Shown here: positions 52,763 to 63,787 of the stretch, piece after piece
How positions within the stretch are numbered: position 1 is the first letter of the stretch
Layout: each line of letters starts with the position of its first letter
DNA from: an uncultured Candidatus Binatia bacterium
GTDB taxonomy: Bacteria > Desulfobacterota > Binatia > Bin18
Assembly (NCBI GenBank): GCA_965214605.1
Contig: OZ243961.1
Span: forward strand, 1,440,001 to 1,504,000
Length of the DNA stretch: 64,000 nucleotides
Reading direction: 5' to 3'
Made by a program: the position numbers and the translations under genes
Notes under the pieces: model-generated
What the model saw: the letters and a program-made list of their open reading frames with translations, nothing else
What the model was told of the DNA's origin: nothing
The model's database searches: none

Positions 52763-53180
52763 TGCGAATGATGTACGGTCAGGGTGCCTAGTAACGGGGC
52801 CTCGCGCCGCCCTCTTCAAGTTTAGTCTGCGTTCCGGCTATTGCTGCATGGCCTGCATCTAGCCTGGGCAGCAGCGCGGTGGTCAATCACCAGCAAGCCA
52901 CTCGCGCCATATTTGTTCCAGCCGTTTATATCGGTCGCGCGCAGCTCACCGTTCATGTCCTCAGAATCACCACGCTGCACCCGCGTTCGTCGGGGACCAC
53001 GCGCCGCCTGTACCTGTTCCAGCAACTCCCTCCCAATGATACTCACGCAGTTCAAGCATTGAGTTCCCTACGCCCAAGATTGAGGAGCGGATTATAAGGG
53101 ATTCAAAGCCCAGGTTATAGACAGGAGATTCAGCATAGGGCGTTTCTGCCATCGGACGGCAGCAGGACCGGTCCAGCAGG

Positions 53181-54899
53181 CTAAAACAGAAAGTAGCGCT
53201 GGGCCAGCGGTAGGACGCTGGCCGGCTCGCAGGTTAGCAGCTGGCCATCTGCCCGCACCTCATAGGTCTCAGGGTTGACCTCGATGTGCGGCAGGGCGGC
53301 ATTGTGAATCAGGTCTTTTTTACCCACCTGGCGACAGTTGTGGACCGGCACGAGCTGTTTTTGCAGCCCATGCCGCTCGGCTGAGCCGTTTTCATATGCT
53401 GCCCGGGAGACAAAGCTAAGCGACAGGCTGGCCGGCGCACGACCAAAATGGCCGAACATCGGTCGACCAAAGACCGGTTGGGGTGTAGGAATTGAGGCGT
53501 TCGGGTCGCCCATCGCCGCCCAGGCAATAAACCCCCCTTTCAGAACGAGTTCCGGTTTGACGCCAAAAAATTTAGGCTCCCACAACACCAGGTCAGCCAG
53601 CTTACCGACCTCAATCGAGCCGACTTGGTCGGCAATGCCGTGAGTCAAGGCCGGATTAATCGTATATTTGGCTAGGTAACGCTTGACCCGGAAATTGTCG
53701 TTGTCGCCGCTCTCTTCGGCCAAACGCCCGCGCTGGACTCGCATTTTATGGGCCGTCTGCCAGGTACGCAGGATCACCTCTCCGACCCGGCCCATGGCCT
53801 GGGAGTCCGACGCCATCATGCTGAAGGCTCCGATATCGTGCAGCACGTCCTCAGCCGCAATCGTTTCCGGCCGTATGCGCGACTCGGCAAAGGCTACGTC
53901 TTCGGGCACCCCGGGGTCGAGGTGGTGGCACACCATCAACATATCGAGGTGTTCATCAATCGTGTTGACAGTAAACGGCCGGGTGGGGTTGGTGGAAGAC
54001 GGGAGGACGTTGGGCAACCCACACACTCTGATAATGTCTGGGGCATGACCGCCGCCCGCTCCCTCGGTATGGTAGGTATGAATCGTGCGGTCTTTAAAGG
54101 CTGCAATCGTCTCTTCGACAAAACCGGTCTCGTTCAAGGTGTCGGTGTGGATGGCGACCTGAACATCATAGGCATCGGCTACCGACAGTGCACAATCAAT
54201 AGCCGCTGGCGTCGAGCCCCAGTCTTCGTGGAGTTTGAGACCCATCGCACCGGCTTCCAGTTGTTCGCGCAAAGGCTCGGGACGCGAAGCATTGCCCTTG
54301 CCCAAAAAGCCGAGGTTCATGGGAAAGGATTCAATTGATTCGAGCATTCGGACAATATTCCACGGTCCGGGGGTACAGGTGGTGGCATTAGTGCCGGTCG
54401 CTGGGCCGGTTCCACCGCCAAACATGGTGGTAATGCCGGAGGCTAAGGCTTCGGTGATCTGTTGCGGACAGATAAAGTGAATATGGGAGTCAATCCCGCC
54501 CGCGGTCAAGAGCTTGCCCTCTCCAGCCACAATCTCGGTCCCCGGTCCGATCACCAGCTGGGATGACACACCGTCCATCAGCAGCGGGTTACCAGCCTTG
54601 CCGATGCCACAGATACGGCTATTTTTAACCCCTACGTCGGCTTTAACAATGCCCCAATGATCAACCACCGTGGCATTGGTAATCACGAGGTCCGGCGCGC
54701 CTTGGGCCGAGGTCTTGACCGGCGACTGGGCCATGCCATCCCGAATTACCTTGCCGCCGCCAAACTTGACCTCATCACCGTAGACTGCGTGGTCGTGCTC
54801 AATCTCAATTAACAACTCCGTATCAGCCAGACGTACCCGATCGCCAACGGTCGGCCCAAACATCTCCGCATAGTGCTGTCGCTCAATCGTTCGACTCAT
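53181..54899 (-). CDS. ureC: Urease subunit alpha
   Basis: [59 protein letters not shown]. Confidence 0.97.
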   Translation of the reverse strand: MSRTIERQHYAEMFGPTVGDRVRLADTELLIEIEHDHAVYGDEVKFGGGKVIRDGMAQSPVKTSAQGAPDLVITNATVVDHWGIVKADVGVKNSRICGIGKAGNPLLMDGVSSQLVIGPGTEIVAGEGKLLTAGGIDSHIHFICPQQITEALASGITTMFGGGTGPATGTNATTCTPGPWNIVRMLESIESFPMNLGFLGKGNASRPEPLREQLEAGAMGLKLHEDWGSTPAAIDCALSVADAYDVQVAIHTDTLNETGFVEETIAAFKDRTIHTYHTEGAGGGHAPDIIRVCGLPNVLPSSTNPTRPFTVNTIDEHLDMLMVCHHLDPGVPEDVAFAESRIRPETIAAEDVLHDIGAFSMMASDSQAMGRVGEVILRTWQTAHKMRVQRGRLAEESGDNDNFRVKRYLAKYTINPALTHGIADQVGSIEVGKLADLVLWEPKFFGVKPELVLKGGFIAWAAMGDPNASIPTPQPVFGRPMFGHFGRAPASLSLSFVSRAAYENGSAERHGLQKQLVPVHNCRQVGKKDLIHNAALPHIEVNPETYEVRADGQLLTCEPASVLPLAQRYFLF

Positions 54900-54908
54900 C
54901 CCTTGCTC

Positions 54909-55211
54909 CTAGCGAATCGGTTGATGGACGCTGACCAGCTTGGTCCCGTCCGGAAACGTGGCCTCGACCTGGACCAGCTCAATCATCTCGGCTACCCCGT
55001 CCATCACCTCCTCCCGGCCGAGAATCGTCGCCCCGTAGGACATGAGCTCGGAGACCGATTTCCCGTCGCGGGCACCTTCAAGAATCGCGCTGGTAATCAG
55101 GGCCACGGCCTCGGGATAGTTCAGTTTGAGCCCCCGCCCGCGTCGTTCGCGGGCCAGCTGGGCGGCGAGATATATCATCAACTTTTCTTGTTCGTGGGGG
55201 GTCAAGTGCAT
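54909..55211 (-). CDS. ureA: Urease subunit gamma
   Basis: [44 protein letters not shown]. Confidence 0.97.
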   Translation of the reverse strand: MHLTPHEQEKLMIYLAAQLARERRGRGLKLNYPEAVALITSAILEGARDGKSVSELMSYGATILGREEVMDGVAEMIELVQVEATFPDGTKLVSVHQPIR

Positions 55212-55245
55212 GCAACTCTTCCTCAGTCTGGGCGCTAGACCGACA

Positions 55246-55941
55246 CTAGATCGACAAATGTTGGCGGACAATCTCGTCTGTCAGGCCGGAGATCGGTCCC
55301 TCGGCGACCACACTCCCCTTTTCCAACACCGCAAAGGTATCCGCCACTCGACGGGCAAAAGGCAGCTTTTGCTCGACCAACAGGAGCGTCAGCTTTTGTT
55401 CGTGGTTGAGCCGTAAGAGGATATCGCCGATCTCCTGGACGATATTCGGCTGGATACCCTCAGTCGGCTCATCCAGAATCAACAGTTTGGGATTGAGCAC
55501 CAGAGCTCGCCCGATGGCGAGCTGCTGCTGCTGCCCACCAGACAGGTCCCCGCCCTGGCGGCTCAGCATCTGTTTCAGGACCGGGAAACAGTGAAACACC
55601 GTGTCTGGAATTGACCCGAGCCCGTCGCGCCGCGCGGGCAGGCCGACTCGCAGGTTTTCCTCGACCGTCAGTTGGGGAAAGATCTCGCGTCCCTGGGGCA
55701 CGTAGCCAATGCCCAGCCGTGCCCGCAGCTCGGCCGGACGATGGGTCAGATCCGTCTCCTCAAAGTGCAGACTGCCCGAAGCGACCGGCAAGATTCCCAT
55801 GATTGTCTTCAGCAGGCTGGTTTTGCCTACCCCGTTGCGTCCCATTAGACAGGTGCACGAACCGGAGGTAATGTTGAGGTTAACATCCCACAGGATATGA
55901 CTCTCACCGTAATACTGGTTGAGCTGACTGATACGAAGCAT
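55246..55941 (-). CDS. urtE: Urea ABC transporter ATP-binding protein
   Basis: [41 protein letters not shown]. Confidence 0.92.
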   Translation of the reverse strand: MLRISQLNQYYGESHILWDVNLNITSGSCTCLMGRNGVGKTSLLKTIMGILPVASGSLHFEETDLTHRPAELRARLGIGYVPQGREIFPQLTVEENLRVGLPARRDGLGSIPDTVFHCFPVLKQMLSRQGGDLSGGQQQQLAIGRALVLNPKLLILDEPTEGIQPNIVQEIGDILLRLNHEQKLTLLLVEQKLPFARRVADTFAVLEKGSVVAEGPISGLTDEIVRQHLSI

Positions 55942-55962
55942 GTCCGTTCGATCCCACCCCAC

Positions 55963-56790
55963 CTAGGCTCCCAGATAGACCTCAGCCACCCGGGGATCGT
56001 TTTGCACCTCTTTCATACTGCCCTCGGCCAGCACCCGTCCCTCGTGCAAAACCGTCACCTGGCGGTCCAGGCTGCGTACAAACTCCATGTCGTGTTCGAC
56101 CACCACAACCGTATGTTTACCGGCGAGTGAGAGCAGGAGCTCGGCCGTTCGTTCTGTCTCGTGCTGGCTCAGACCGGCGACTGGCTCATCGACCAACAGC
56201 AGCTGGGGGTCTTGGATCAACAGCATACCGAGCTCTAGCCATTGCTTTTGTCCATGAGAGAGCAGGCCAGCTCGGGTGTGGAGGTGGCCGAGCAGACCGA
56301 CCATCTCGGCGGTAGCGCTAATACGGTCGCGCTGTTCACCGCTCAGGCGTGCGAACAAACTGTGCCACACACTCTTATCGGCCTGCATAGCTAGCTCTAG
56401 GTTCTCGAACACGCTGTGGCCCTGAAAAACGGTTGGCCCCTGAAACTTACGACCGATTCCAGCCAGGGCAATCTCGTACTCCGACAGCCGGGTCAGATCC
56501 AGATTGTTACCGAAAAACACCGTCCCGCTATCGGGGCGGGTCCGACCAGTAATAACATCCATCAGAGTCGTTTTACCCGCCCCGTTGGGACCGATCAAAC
56601 ACCGCAGCTCGCCGGTGTTCAGATAAAAGCTCAGCCCGTCTAAGGCTCTAAAGTTATCAAAACTAACTACGAGATTTTCGATATACAGGCTGACGCCATG
56701 GCTAGTATCGATCACCCCCGGTTGGGCAACGTGGGCCAGCACTGAGTTGCCACCCTGATCGATCGGCTCGTCTTTCAGCTTCTGACTCAT
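55963..56790 (-). CDS. urtD: Urea ABC transporter ATP-binding protein
   Basis: GPNGAGKTT, GIGRKFQ, LSHGQKQWLE, DEPVAG, VEHDM. Confidence 0.92.
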   Translation of the reverse strand: MSQKLKDEPIDQGGNSVLAHVAQPGVIDTSHGVSLYIENLVVSFDNFRALDGLSFYLNTGELRCLIGPNGAGKTTLMDVITGRTRPDSGTVFFGNNLDLTRLSEYEIALAGIGRKFQGPTVFQGHSVFENLELAMQADKSVWHSLFARLSGEQRDRISATAEMVGLLGHLHTRAGLLSHGQKQWLELGMLLIQDPQLLLVDEPVAGLSQHETERTAELLLSLAGKHTVVVVEHDMEFVRSLDRQVTVLHEGRVLAEGSMKEVQNDPRVAEVYLGA

Positions 56791-56803
56791 GCCAGGCTCC
56801 ACA

Positions 56804-57964
56804 CTAAGCCTGAACGGCGCGCTCAGCGGGACGAAACAGGCCGCTTACCCCGCGGGGCAGAAACAGGGTCACCGCAATGAATACAGCGCCCAGGATATAT
56901 AGCCACAGGTCGGGAAAGGCAGCCGTACACCAACTCTTGGCCCCGTTTATCAAAAACGCGCCCAACAGGGCCCCCGCCAGCGTGCCACGCCCTCCCACCG
57001 CCACCCAGATTGCCATCTCAATCGAGTTGGACGGCTGCATCTCGCTCGGGTTGATAATGCCGACCTGGGGCACGTATAGCGCCCCGGCCAAGCCGCACAA
57101 GACGGCTGACAGGGTCCACAGAAAGAGCTTATAGCTGTACGGGTTATACCCGCAGAACATCAGGCGACTCTCGGCATCCCGCACTGCGGTCAAAACCCGG
57201 CCAAGCTTAGAGACCACCAGATAGCGGCATCCCAGATAGGCCGCCATTAATACAGCGACAGAGACCATATACAGGCCGAGCTTGGTCGACTGCTCTTGGA
57301 GCGAAAAGCCCACGATGCGCTTAAAGTCGGTTAGGCCGTTATTGCCGCCAAAACCGGTATTGTTGCGAAAAAAGAGCAGCATCAGGGCGTAGGTCATCGC
57401 CTGAGTTATAATAGAGAAATACACCCCGCGAATACGCGACCGGAAGGCAAGAAAGCCAAACACACAGGCCAGTACGCCCGGTACCAGCAGAGCCATCAGT
57501 AAGGCAAAACCAAAATTACTAAATCCATACCAGTACCACGGCAGTTCCTTCCAATCCAGAAAGACCATGAAGTCGGGCAGTTCGCTACGGTAGACGCCCT
57601 CGGTGCCAACAACCCGCATCAGGTACATACCCATGGCATAGCCGCCCAGCGCAAAGAACACGCCGTGGCCCAGGCTGAGAATGCCGGCGTAGCCCCAGAT
57701 CAGATCGACCGCCAGGGCAACCAGGGCATAGCACATAAACTTGCCGAGCAGCGGGATAAGATAGTCGGGGAGGTGGAGGGCGGATTCGGTCGGCAGCAGG
57801 TTCAGACCGGGAATGACGACCAAGGCGAGGAGTAGCGCGCCCAGGACCAGGCTCCATCCCCCTCGAGTATGGAGGGTGAGCAGCCTAGGGGGAGGCCGTA
57901 GCTCATCCTGCGGCTCGACGGTCGGGTCGAGGGGCGGCTCGGACGAGCTTTGGGTCGGTGACAT
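56804..57964 (-). CDS. urtC: Urea ABC transporter permease; start uncertain (57964 or 58009)
   Basis: DLIWGYAGILSLGHG.FF.LGGY, PDFM.FL.W.ELPW, GGNNG.TDF, WVAVGGRG. Confidence 0.92.
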   Translation of the reverse strand: MSPTQSSSEPPLDPTVEPQDELRPPPRLLTLHTRGGWSLVLGALLLALVVIPGLNLLPTESALHLPDYLIPLLGKFMCYALVALAVDLIWGYAGILSLGHGVFFALGGYAMGMYLMRVVGTEGVYRSELPDFMVFLDWKELPWYWYGFSNFGFALLMALLVPGVLACVFGFLAFRSRIRGVYFSIITQAMTYALMLLFFRNNTGFGGNNGLTDFKRIVGFSLQEQSTKLGLYMVSVAVLMAAYLGCRYLVVSKLGRVLTAVRDAESRLMFCGYNPYSYKLFLWTLSAVLCGLAGALYVPQVGIINPSEMQPSNSIEMAIWVAVGGRGTLAGALLGAFLINGAKSWCTAAFPDLWLYILGAVFIAVTLFLPRGVSGLFRPAERAVQA

Positions 57965-57977
57965 ATCCGCCACGAGC

Positions 57978-59606
57978 TCAACTTTCTGCAATTCGTCCTC
58001 TGAGTGCAAACAGCCCTTGGGGACGTTGCTGGATGAACAGAACGATAAAAATCAACACGCCAATCTTCCCTAGCACGGCTCCGGCAACAGGTTCGAGAAA
58101 CTTATTGACCAGTCCTAGACTCAGCGCCCCAACCACGGTCCCAGCAATATTGCCCACCCCGCCCAGGACAACGACCATAAACGAATCAACAATGTACAGA
58201 CGGCCCAACTCAGGACCGACATTGCCAATCTGCGATAAGGCCACCCCACCTAAGCCGGCAATACCTGAACCTAACCCAAAGGTCCACATATCGACCCGGG
58301 CGACCGAGATGCCCATACAAGAGGCCATAGGTCGGTTCTGGGTCACTGACCGGACCTGTAAACCAAGACGCGTACGCTGGAGGATGAGCCATACCGCGCC
58401 TACCACCAGAGCGACAAAACCGAGGATAGCCAGGCGACTATAGGGCAGGACAACGCCGTACAAGACCTCGGTTCCGCCCGACAGCCAGGCTGGATTGGCA
58501 ACCTGGACATTCTGGGCGCCAAAGATGAGACGAACACTCTGAATAAGCACTAGGCTGATGCCCCAGCTGGCCAACAGAGTTTCTAGGGGACGGCCATACA
58601 AGAAGCAGATGACACCCCGCTCCAGGATGATACCGGCGATCAGACACACGCCAAAGGCGGTCGGAATAGCCACTACCAAATACCAGTCAAACAGAACCGA
58701 GAAATGCTCCTGGAACATACTCTGGACAACATAGGTGGTATAGGCGCCAAGCATCAGCATCTCACCGTGGGCCATATTGATCACGCCCATTAAGCCGAAC
58801 GTAATCCCCAGCCCAAGGGCGGCCAACAGCAAGATACTGCCTAAACTGAAGCCATAAAAAAGATTCCCGAAACCACTGATCAGGACTTGGGTGCGATCGA
58901 ACCTGGTTAGAACCGCAGCAGCGGCCTGGCGGACCACGGCGTCTGGCTCAGCAAACGAACCGTCTTCCTTTGTCGCCACCAGGGTTTCGAGCTGCGGCCT
59001 GAGCCCCAAATTCCCAGAGTCGCCAATCATCGCAATGGCGGCCAAACGCTCGGCCTGATCCTTGCCCTGGAGCTGTATTTGGGCCAGGGCAACGGCTAGG
59101 GTGGCACGAACGTTTGGCGCCTGTTCGCGTTCCAGGGCGGCTTGTAGGAGGCCGACCATCTTGGCCCGCGGACGTTTGGCCAGCTCTTCTGCCGCAGCCA
59201 GGCGGACGTCAACATCGGGAGAGCCCAACTGGAGTTGGGCGATCACCGGCCGCAGCGCTCGGCGAATCGCGTTATTAATCCGGGGGGTACGCAGACGTGT
59301 CTCGTCGAGGGCGGTCGGCTCCTCACTCAGCACAGCCCGAATACTGCCGTCCTCGGTTTTGATGTAGACATTGCCTGCCTCATCGACCCGTAGACGTCGC
59401 TCACTCAGGGCTTCAAGGGCAGGCAGAGCGGCTGCATCATTCAGCCGACCTAGGTTGCTGATGGCCTGCCTGATGAGGATTCGGCTCTTGGCCCCAAGCC
59501 CTTTGAGCAGGCTGACCAGCTCGTTGTCAGCCGCTTGTCCGGAGCTGACAAAAGCAAAGCCGAGCATCGTCACAACGCTCAGCCGCAAGATAAAAGACTG
59601 GACCAT
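57978..59606 (-). CDS. urtB: Urea ABC transporter permease with a periplasmic HEAT-like N-terminal domain
   Basis: GLMGVINMAHGE, LYGRPLETLLA, DSFMVVVLGGVG, RPQGLF; start reassigned to MVQSF. Confidence 0.92.
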   Translation of the reverse strand: MVQSFILRLSVVTMLGFAFVSSGQAADNELVSLLKGLGAKSRILIRQAISNLGRLNDAAALPALEALSERRLRVDEAGNVYIKTEDGSIRAVLSEEPTALDETRLRTPRINNAIRRALRPVIAQLQLGSPDVDVRLAAAEELAKRPRAKMVGLLQAALEREQAPNVRATLAVALAQIQLQGKDQAERLAAIAMIGDSGNLGLRPQLETLVATKEDGSFAEPDAVVRQAAAAVLTRFDRTQVLISGFGNLFYGFSLGSILLLAALGLGITFGLMGVINMAHGEMLMLGAYTTYVVQSMFQEHFSVLFDWYLVVAIPTAFGVCLIAGIILERGVICFLYGRPLETLLASWGISLVLIQSVRLIFGAQNVQVANPAWLSGGTEVLYGVVLPYSRLAILGFVALVVGAVWLILQRTRLGLQVRSVTQNRPMASCMGISVARVDMWTFGLGSGIAGLGGVALSQIGNVGPELGRLYIVDSFMVVVLGGVGNIAGTVVGALSLGLVNKFLEPVAGAVLGKIGVLIFIVLFIQQRPQGLFALRGRIAES

Positions 59607-59671
59607 CGCTTTCCGTCCCTGGCGGCTGGGCCGAATCAAGTCGCCCGGCCCCAAACCGCAGAGAATGAGGT

Positions 59672-60982
59672 TTAGTGCTTGAACTGCGCTTCGGTACAGT
59701 TGCCACACACCCAGGGATAGGTCCAGTCGGCGACCTTCTGAGCGCTGTCAGGAATAAACGGGCTCCAGGCCTGAGCACGGATCGGTCCATCGGTATTCCA
59801 CACAATATCGAACTGACCATCTTCGCGGACTTCGGCAATCAATACCGGTTTGTGCAGATGGTGGTTCTTGGCATCCATTCTAATGTCAAAGCCCGACGGG
59901 GAGCGCACGACCTGATTTCCCACTGCCTGGCGCACCGCGTCAACATCGGTCGTTTTAGCCTGTTCGACCGCTTGAGCCCACATCTTGATGCCAATATAGG
60001 TGGCTTCCATCGGATCATTGGCCACCCGTTTGTCGCCGCCGGGCAGATTCTGTTTTTTGACATAGGCTTTCCACTTCGCGACAAAGGCTTTGTTCTCGGG
60101 CGTATCAACCGACATGAAGTAATTCCAAGCTGCTAGATGGCCGACCAAGGGCGCGGTGTCAATTCCTCGCAGTTCCTCCTCGCCAACCGAGAAGGCCACC
60201 ACCGGGATATCCTCGGCCTTGAGGCCCTGGTTAGCCAGCTCTTTGTAGAAGGGGACGTTAGAGTCGCCATTGATGGTCGAAACCACGGCCGTTGGCTTGC
60301 CCACCGCAAAGCGCTTGATATCGGCCACAATGGTCTGGTAGTCACTGTGGCCGAACGGCGTGTACAACTCCATAATGTCAGCTTTGGCCACCCCTTTGGA
60401 TTCCAGAAAGTAGTTCAGAATTTTGTTGGTGGTACGTGGATAGACATAGTCGGTCCCCAGCAGCACGAAGCGCTCGGCACCGCCTCCGTCCTCGCTCATC
60501 AGATATTCGACCGCGGGAATCGCCTGCTGGTTGGGGGCCGCGCCAGTATAGAAGACATTAAATGAGGACTCTTCACCCTCGTACTGGACCGGGTAGAACA
60601 GCAGGCCGTTCAACTCCTCAAAGACCGGCAGAACCGACTTGCGGGACACAGAGGTCCAGCAGCCAAACACCACAGCTACCTTTTCCTGCTGAATCAGCTC
60701 ACGGGCCTTTTCGGCAAACAGTGGCCAGTCCGAGGCCGGGTCCACCACGATCGGCTCGACCTGGCGGCCTAGCACCCCGCCGTTTTCGTTCAGTTCCTCG
60801 ATCGTCATCAAGGCGACATCTTTAAGAGAGGTTTCGCTGATCGCCATTGTGCCGCTCAGCGAGTGCAGGATCCCGACCTTGATCGGTTCCGCGGCCCAGC
60901 CGGCCCGCGCTCCGGTCAGCGAGGTGACAAGCAGGCCGGTAACGATCCACACGGCGGTTTGCGCTATGGACTTCCTTTTCAT
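59672..60982 (-). CDS. urtA: Urea ABC transporter substrate-binding protein
   Basis: KVGILHSLSGTMAISE, DPASDWP.FAEKA, FGCWTSVSRK, YPVQYEG, GTDYVYPR. Confidence 0.95.
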   Translation of the reverse strand: MKRKSIAQTAVWIVTGLLVTSLTGARAGWAAEPIKVGILHSLSGTMAISETSLKDVALMTIEELNENGGVLGRQVEPIVVDPASDWPLFAEKARELIQQEKVAVVFGCWTSVSRKSVLPVFEELNGLLFYPVQYEGEESSFNVFYTGAAPNQQAIPAVEYLMSEDGGGAERFVLLGTDYVYPRTTNKILNYFLESKGVAKADIMELYTPFGHSDYQTIVADIKRFAVGKPTAVVSTINGDSNVPFYKELANQGLKAEDIPVVAFSVGEEELRGIDTAPLVGHLAAWNYFMSVDTPENKAFVAKWKAYVKKQNLPGGDKRVANDPMEATYIGIKMWAQAVEQAKTTDVDAVRQAVGNQVVRSPSGFDIRMDAKNHHLHKPVLIAEVREDGQFDIVWNTDGPIRAQAWSPFIPDSAQKVADWTYPWVCGNCTEAQFKH

Positions 60983-61011
60983 AAGCAGGGTCTCCTTTCG
61001 TGTCTGGTAGG

Positions 61012-62322
61012 CTAAAAAAGGATCTGGGTCTGCACCCGGAACCGATGGTCGCTCGTGCTGGTGCCACGAAACGGGTCACCGTCCAGAAAGCTATAATCGA
61101 TCTGGATTTTCGCGGCGTGGCCGTACAGGTAGTAGTTGAGGCCGGCCGTGTACTCGCGTACATCGCCCCGGGTGTCGGAATTATTGGCAAACTGAAAGTC
61201 CACGCCCGACACCCGGCCGGCGAGTTCCAGGCGCTCACTCAGATAGTAGCCTAGCTGGCCGTAATAGCCCCAGTCTTGCCCGATGTCCTGATCCAGGCTC
61301 TGCTCAAAGTTATTACGTCGGTAGTAGCCAGCGGCCTGCACGCTCAATCCCAGGTAGCGAAAGCCGCCGTCAACGGTGACGTTGGTCGTACGGTCGCCGG
61401 AGCTAACGTTCTGGAAGCCAGAGGCCTCATCAACCGGGTTGAAAGCCGCGGCCATGCCTAGCGACAGCTGCGGAGCAGTGGCTGGCGTGGGCGAGCTCTC
61501 CAGATAGCCATAGGGTTCAAGCAGGTCGTACTCCAGGCGGCCCTGCCAGGCAACCTCAGAACCCACGTTCTGCTGCCCACCGGCATCCAAGGCACGGATG
61601 CTGTTGGTGACGACGGCATGGTAGGACAGCTTGCCAAGCCTACCGCTTAGATTGGCTCCAACCGCACGCTGGAGATTAAAGGCATAATCAGCCGAAGACA
61701 GGTCGGAAAACAACAGATTTCCAGGATGAGTGTAGAACTGGCGGCTGTAAGGCAGGATAAAGCGCCCAGCCTGCACCTGAGCATGGTCTAAAAAGCTATA
61801 CTGCATCCACCAGTCGAGCATCGTCTCGCGGTTGTTATTACCAAAAGTTGTAGCCTCAAGCTGAAAGAAATACGACAGCTTAGGGTCAAAAACGTTGCCT
61901 GAAAAGGCTAACCTGGCCAGGGCAACATCAAAATTGTTCCGCGTTCCGCCGTCGTCCGTACCGGCCGGGGCCAACAGCGTATATCGGCTCTGGACAAAGC
62001 CGTTGATCTTGAGCGAATAGCTCTTGTCTTTACTGCGAACATAAAAGCCGCCGTCGTAGACATCTTCAGACTCAAAGCCGTCGCGGCGTAGCCCGGTGGG
62101 CGTGTTATAGCCGAACTCGACCTCTTTTTCGGCCCGGGTCTGCTCCCTGCTCTCGAGTTCAAGCAGCCGCTTTTCCATCAACTCCATGATCCGCCGCTGC
62201 TCACTAAGCTGCTTGCGCAACTCACCGATCTCGTCTGCCGACACCTGGCTCGACGTACCGGCCAGCGCCCCAAACGTAAAACAGGTCCCGGCGATCAGGG
62301 CCGTCCATCTTTTCCGTTGCAT
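61012..62322 (-). CDS. OprO/OprP-like outer-membrane porin heading the urt operon (putative urea porin)
   Basis: Signal peptide MQRKRW...QVSA, coiled coil, Y.GGFY, Q.RY, ARL.FSG, GYYGQ.GY, GLNYY, terminal QILF; start reassigned to 62322. Confidence 0.85.
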   Translation of the reverse strand: MQRKRWTALIAGTCFTFGALAGTSSQVSADEIGELRKQLSEQRRIMELMEKRLLELESREQTRAEKEVEFGYNTPTGLRRDGFESEDVYDGGFYVRSKDKSYSLKINGFVQSRYTLLAPAGTDDGGTRNNFDVALARLAFSGNVFDPKLSYFFQLEATTFGNNNRETMLDWWMQYSFLDHAQVQAGRFILPYSRQFYTHPGNLLFSDLSSADYAFNLQRAVGANLSGRLGKLSYHAVVTNSIRALDAGGQQNVGSEVAWQGRLEYDLLEPYGYLESSPTPATAPQLSLGMAAAFNPVDEASGFQNVSSGDRTTNVTVDGGFRYLGLSVQAAGYYRRNNFEQSLDQDIGQDWGYYGQLGYYLSERLELAGRVSGVDFQFANNSDTRGDVREYTAGLNYYLYGHAAKIQIDYSFLDGDPFRGTSTSDHRFRVQTQILF

Positions 62323-62377
62323 AAATCCTTTTCCCTTTCTGGTAGTGACAAGAAGCGCTTCTGAGGGAGTCAAAAGG

Positions 62378-62394
62378 TGCAAAAAGCGGGCCAT
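62378..62394 (-). promoter_or_regulatory. Sigma54 promoter of the porin-urt-ureAC operon
   Basis: Minus strand atggcccgctttttgca = TGGCCCG-N4-TTGCA. Confidence 0.8.
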
Positions 62395-62537
62395 GCCTGA
62401 GGAGACTGGCGATACGAAACAATTTCAGATATGGGCGACAAGACACATCATAGAAAAAATGAAGGTTGCAGGAGTGTTAGACGACTCGGCTTGGAAGATA
62501 TTTTATTGACTGCCACGCTCTTCATGACACGGTAATT

Positions 62538-62586
62538 TGCCCAGGGTTTGGACAGTGTCCTGATTTTCGTGTCTACTTTCTGAGCA
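62538..62586. promoter_or_regulatory. Tandem NtrC-like enhancer boxes between divergent urea operons
   Basis: tgcccagggtttggaca (62538-62554; reverse complement tgtccaaaccctgggca resembles the 40428 box) and tgtctactttctgagca (62570-62586), 32 bp apart. Confidence 0.7.
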
Positions 62587-62589
62587 CTG

Positions 62590-62609
62590 TTTCTCCTCAT
62601 GAGGAGAAA
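62590..62609. promoter_or_regulatory. Perfect 20-bp palindrome (candidate operator)
   Basis: tttctcctca|tgaggagaaa. Confidence 0.6.
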
Positions 62610-62635
62610 AAAGTCTCTCCCCAGCGCTTTCAGAG

Positions 62636-62652
62636 CTGGCAAGACTCTTGCG
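62636..62652 (+). promoter_or_regulatory. Sigma54 promoter of ureB-ureG-ureD
   Basis: ctggcaagactcttgcg = TGGCAAG-N4-TTGC. Confidence 0.75.
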
Positions 62653-62715
62653 GATCTTTGGATGTCGTGACAAACACACAGCAGAACGTAGCGTTTAGGA
62701 AAGGAAGAGACGCGC

Positions 62716-63117
62716 ATGGCCTCTCAAACCCCGACGCGTATCCCAGGCGAGGTTCTGTCCGCGGCCGGGACACTTAGCCTCAACGTGGGCCGCCCGACCA
62801 ACTCGCTGACCGTGCTTAATATCGGTGACCGGCCCGTCCAGGTTGGCTCACACTATCACTTCTTTGAGGCTAACCGGGCCTTGCGCTTTGACCGCAAAGC
62901 TGCTTTTGGCCGGCATCTAGATATGCCGGCCGGCACCGCAGTCCGCTTTGAACCCGGAGAAGCGAAAGAGGTCAACCTCGTCCCGTTTGGTGGCCAGCGT
63001 ATCGTGTTGGGTTTAAATGGGCTGACTGAGGGCAGTACGACGGATGCGAAGGTTCGGCAACGAGCACTAGACACCGCGCGAGAACACGGGTTCGTCATGA
63101 CCGAGGAGATACGGTAA
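62716..63117 (+). CDS. ureB: Urease subunit beta
   Basis: [35 protein letters not shown]. Confidence 0.96.
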   Translation: MASQTPTRIPGEVLSAAGTLSLNVGRPTNSLTVLNIGDRPVQVGSHYHFFEANRALRFDRKAAFGRHLDMPAGTAVRFEPGEAKEVNLVPFGGQRIVLGLNGLTEGSTTDAKVRQRALDTAREHGFVMTEEIR

Positions 63118-63728
63118 TGCACACAGAGGTTCCACGCCTTGGCATTGGAGGTCCGGTCGGCTCAGGCAAGACGGCGCTGATTGAACAGCTCGTTCCCTAT
63201 CTGCAAAAAGCCGGTAAGCAGATCGCGGTAGTGACCAACGACATCCTGACCGAAGAAGACGCCCAGCGTCTCCGCAGCCGGAGTTTCTTGGCTCCAGAGC
63301 TCATTGTCGGTGTGGAGACCGGGGCGTGTCCGCACACGGTGATTCGGGAAGATCCCACAATGAATCTGAAAGCCGTCCACGGGTTGGAAGTCCGCTTTCC
63401 CGACCTAGATCTCATCGTGTTGGAGAGCGGCGGGGATAATCTTGCATCAACCTATTCACCTGAGCTGGCAGACGCGTTTATTTTTGTGATTGATGTGGCC
63501 GGTGGTGACGATATTCCTCGCAAGCAAGGCCCTGGCATCACCCGTTCTGATTTACTGGTGATTAACAAGGTTGACCTTGCCCCGTATGTTGGGGCCAGTC
63601 TCTGTGTCATGGCACGCGAGGCACACCAGGTGCGGGGAGAACGTCCGGTCCTCTTCACCAACTGTAAAACCGGTCAGGGCATCGTCGAGGTAGGTGCGTG
63701 GATACAGCGCGAACTGCTGTTCAGCTAG
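63117..63728 (+). CDS. ureG: Urease accessory GTPase
   Basis: [35 protein letters not shown]. Confidence 0.96.
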   Translation: MHTEVPRLGIGGPVGSGKTALIEQLVPYLQKAGKQIAVVTNDILTEEDAQRLRSRSFLAPELIVGVETGACPHTVIREDPTMNLKAVHGLEVRFPDLDLIVLESGGDNLASTYSPELADAFIFVIDVAGGDDIPRKQGPGITRSDLLVINKVDLAPYVGASLCVMAREAHQVRGERPVLFTNCKTGQGIVEVGAWIQRELLFS

Positions 63729-63787
63729 CACCTTCAGGTCAGATCGCCCCGGCCGCGCACCCCTCGCTCCAGCCAGTGTCTGACGGG

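Noticed and set aside
62323-62394. ORF-track N-terminal extension (MARFLHLL...) of the urea porin
   Set aside because: The ATG lies inside the sigma54 -24 element. The ATG at 62322 has an SD and begins a proper signal peptide.
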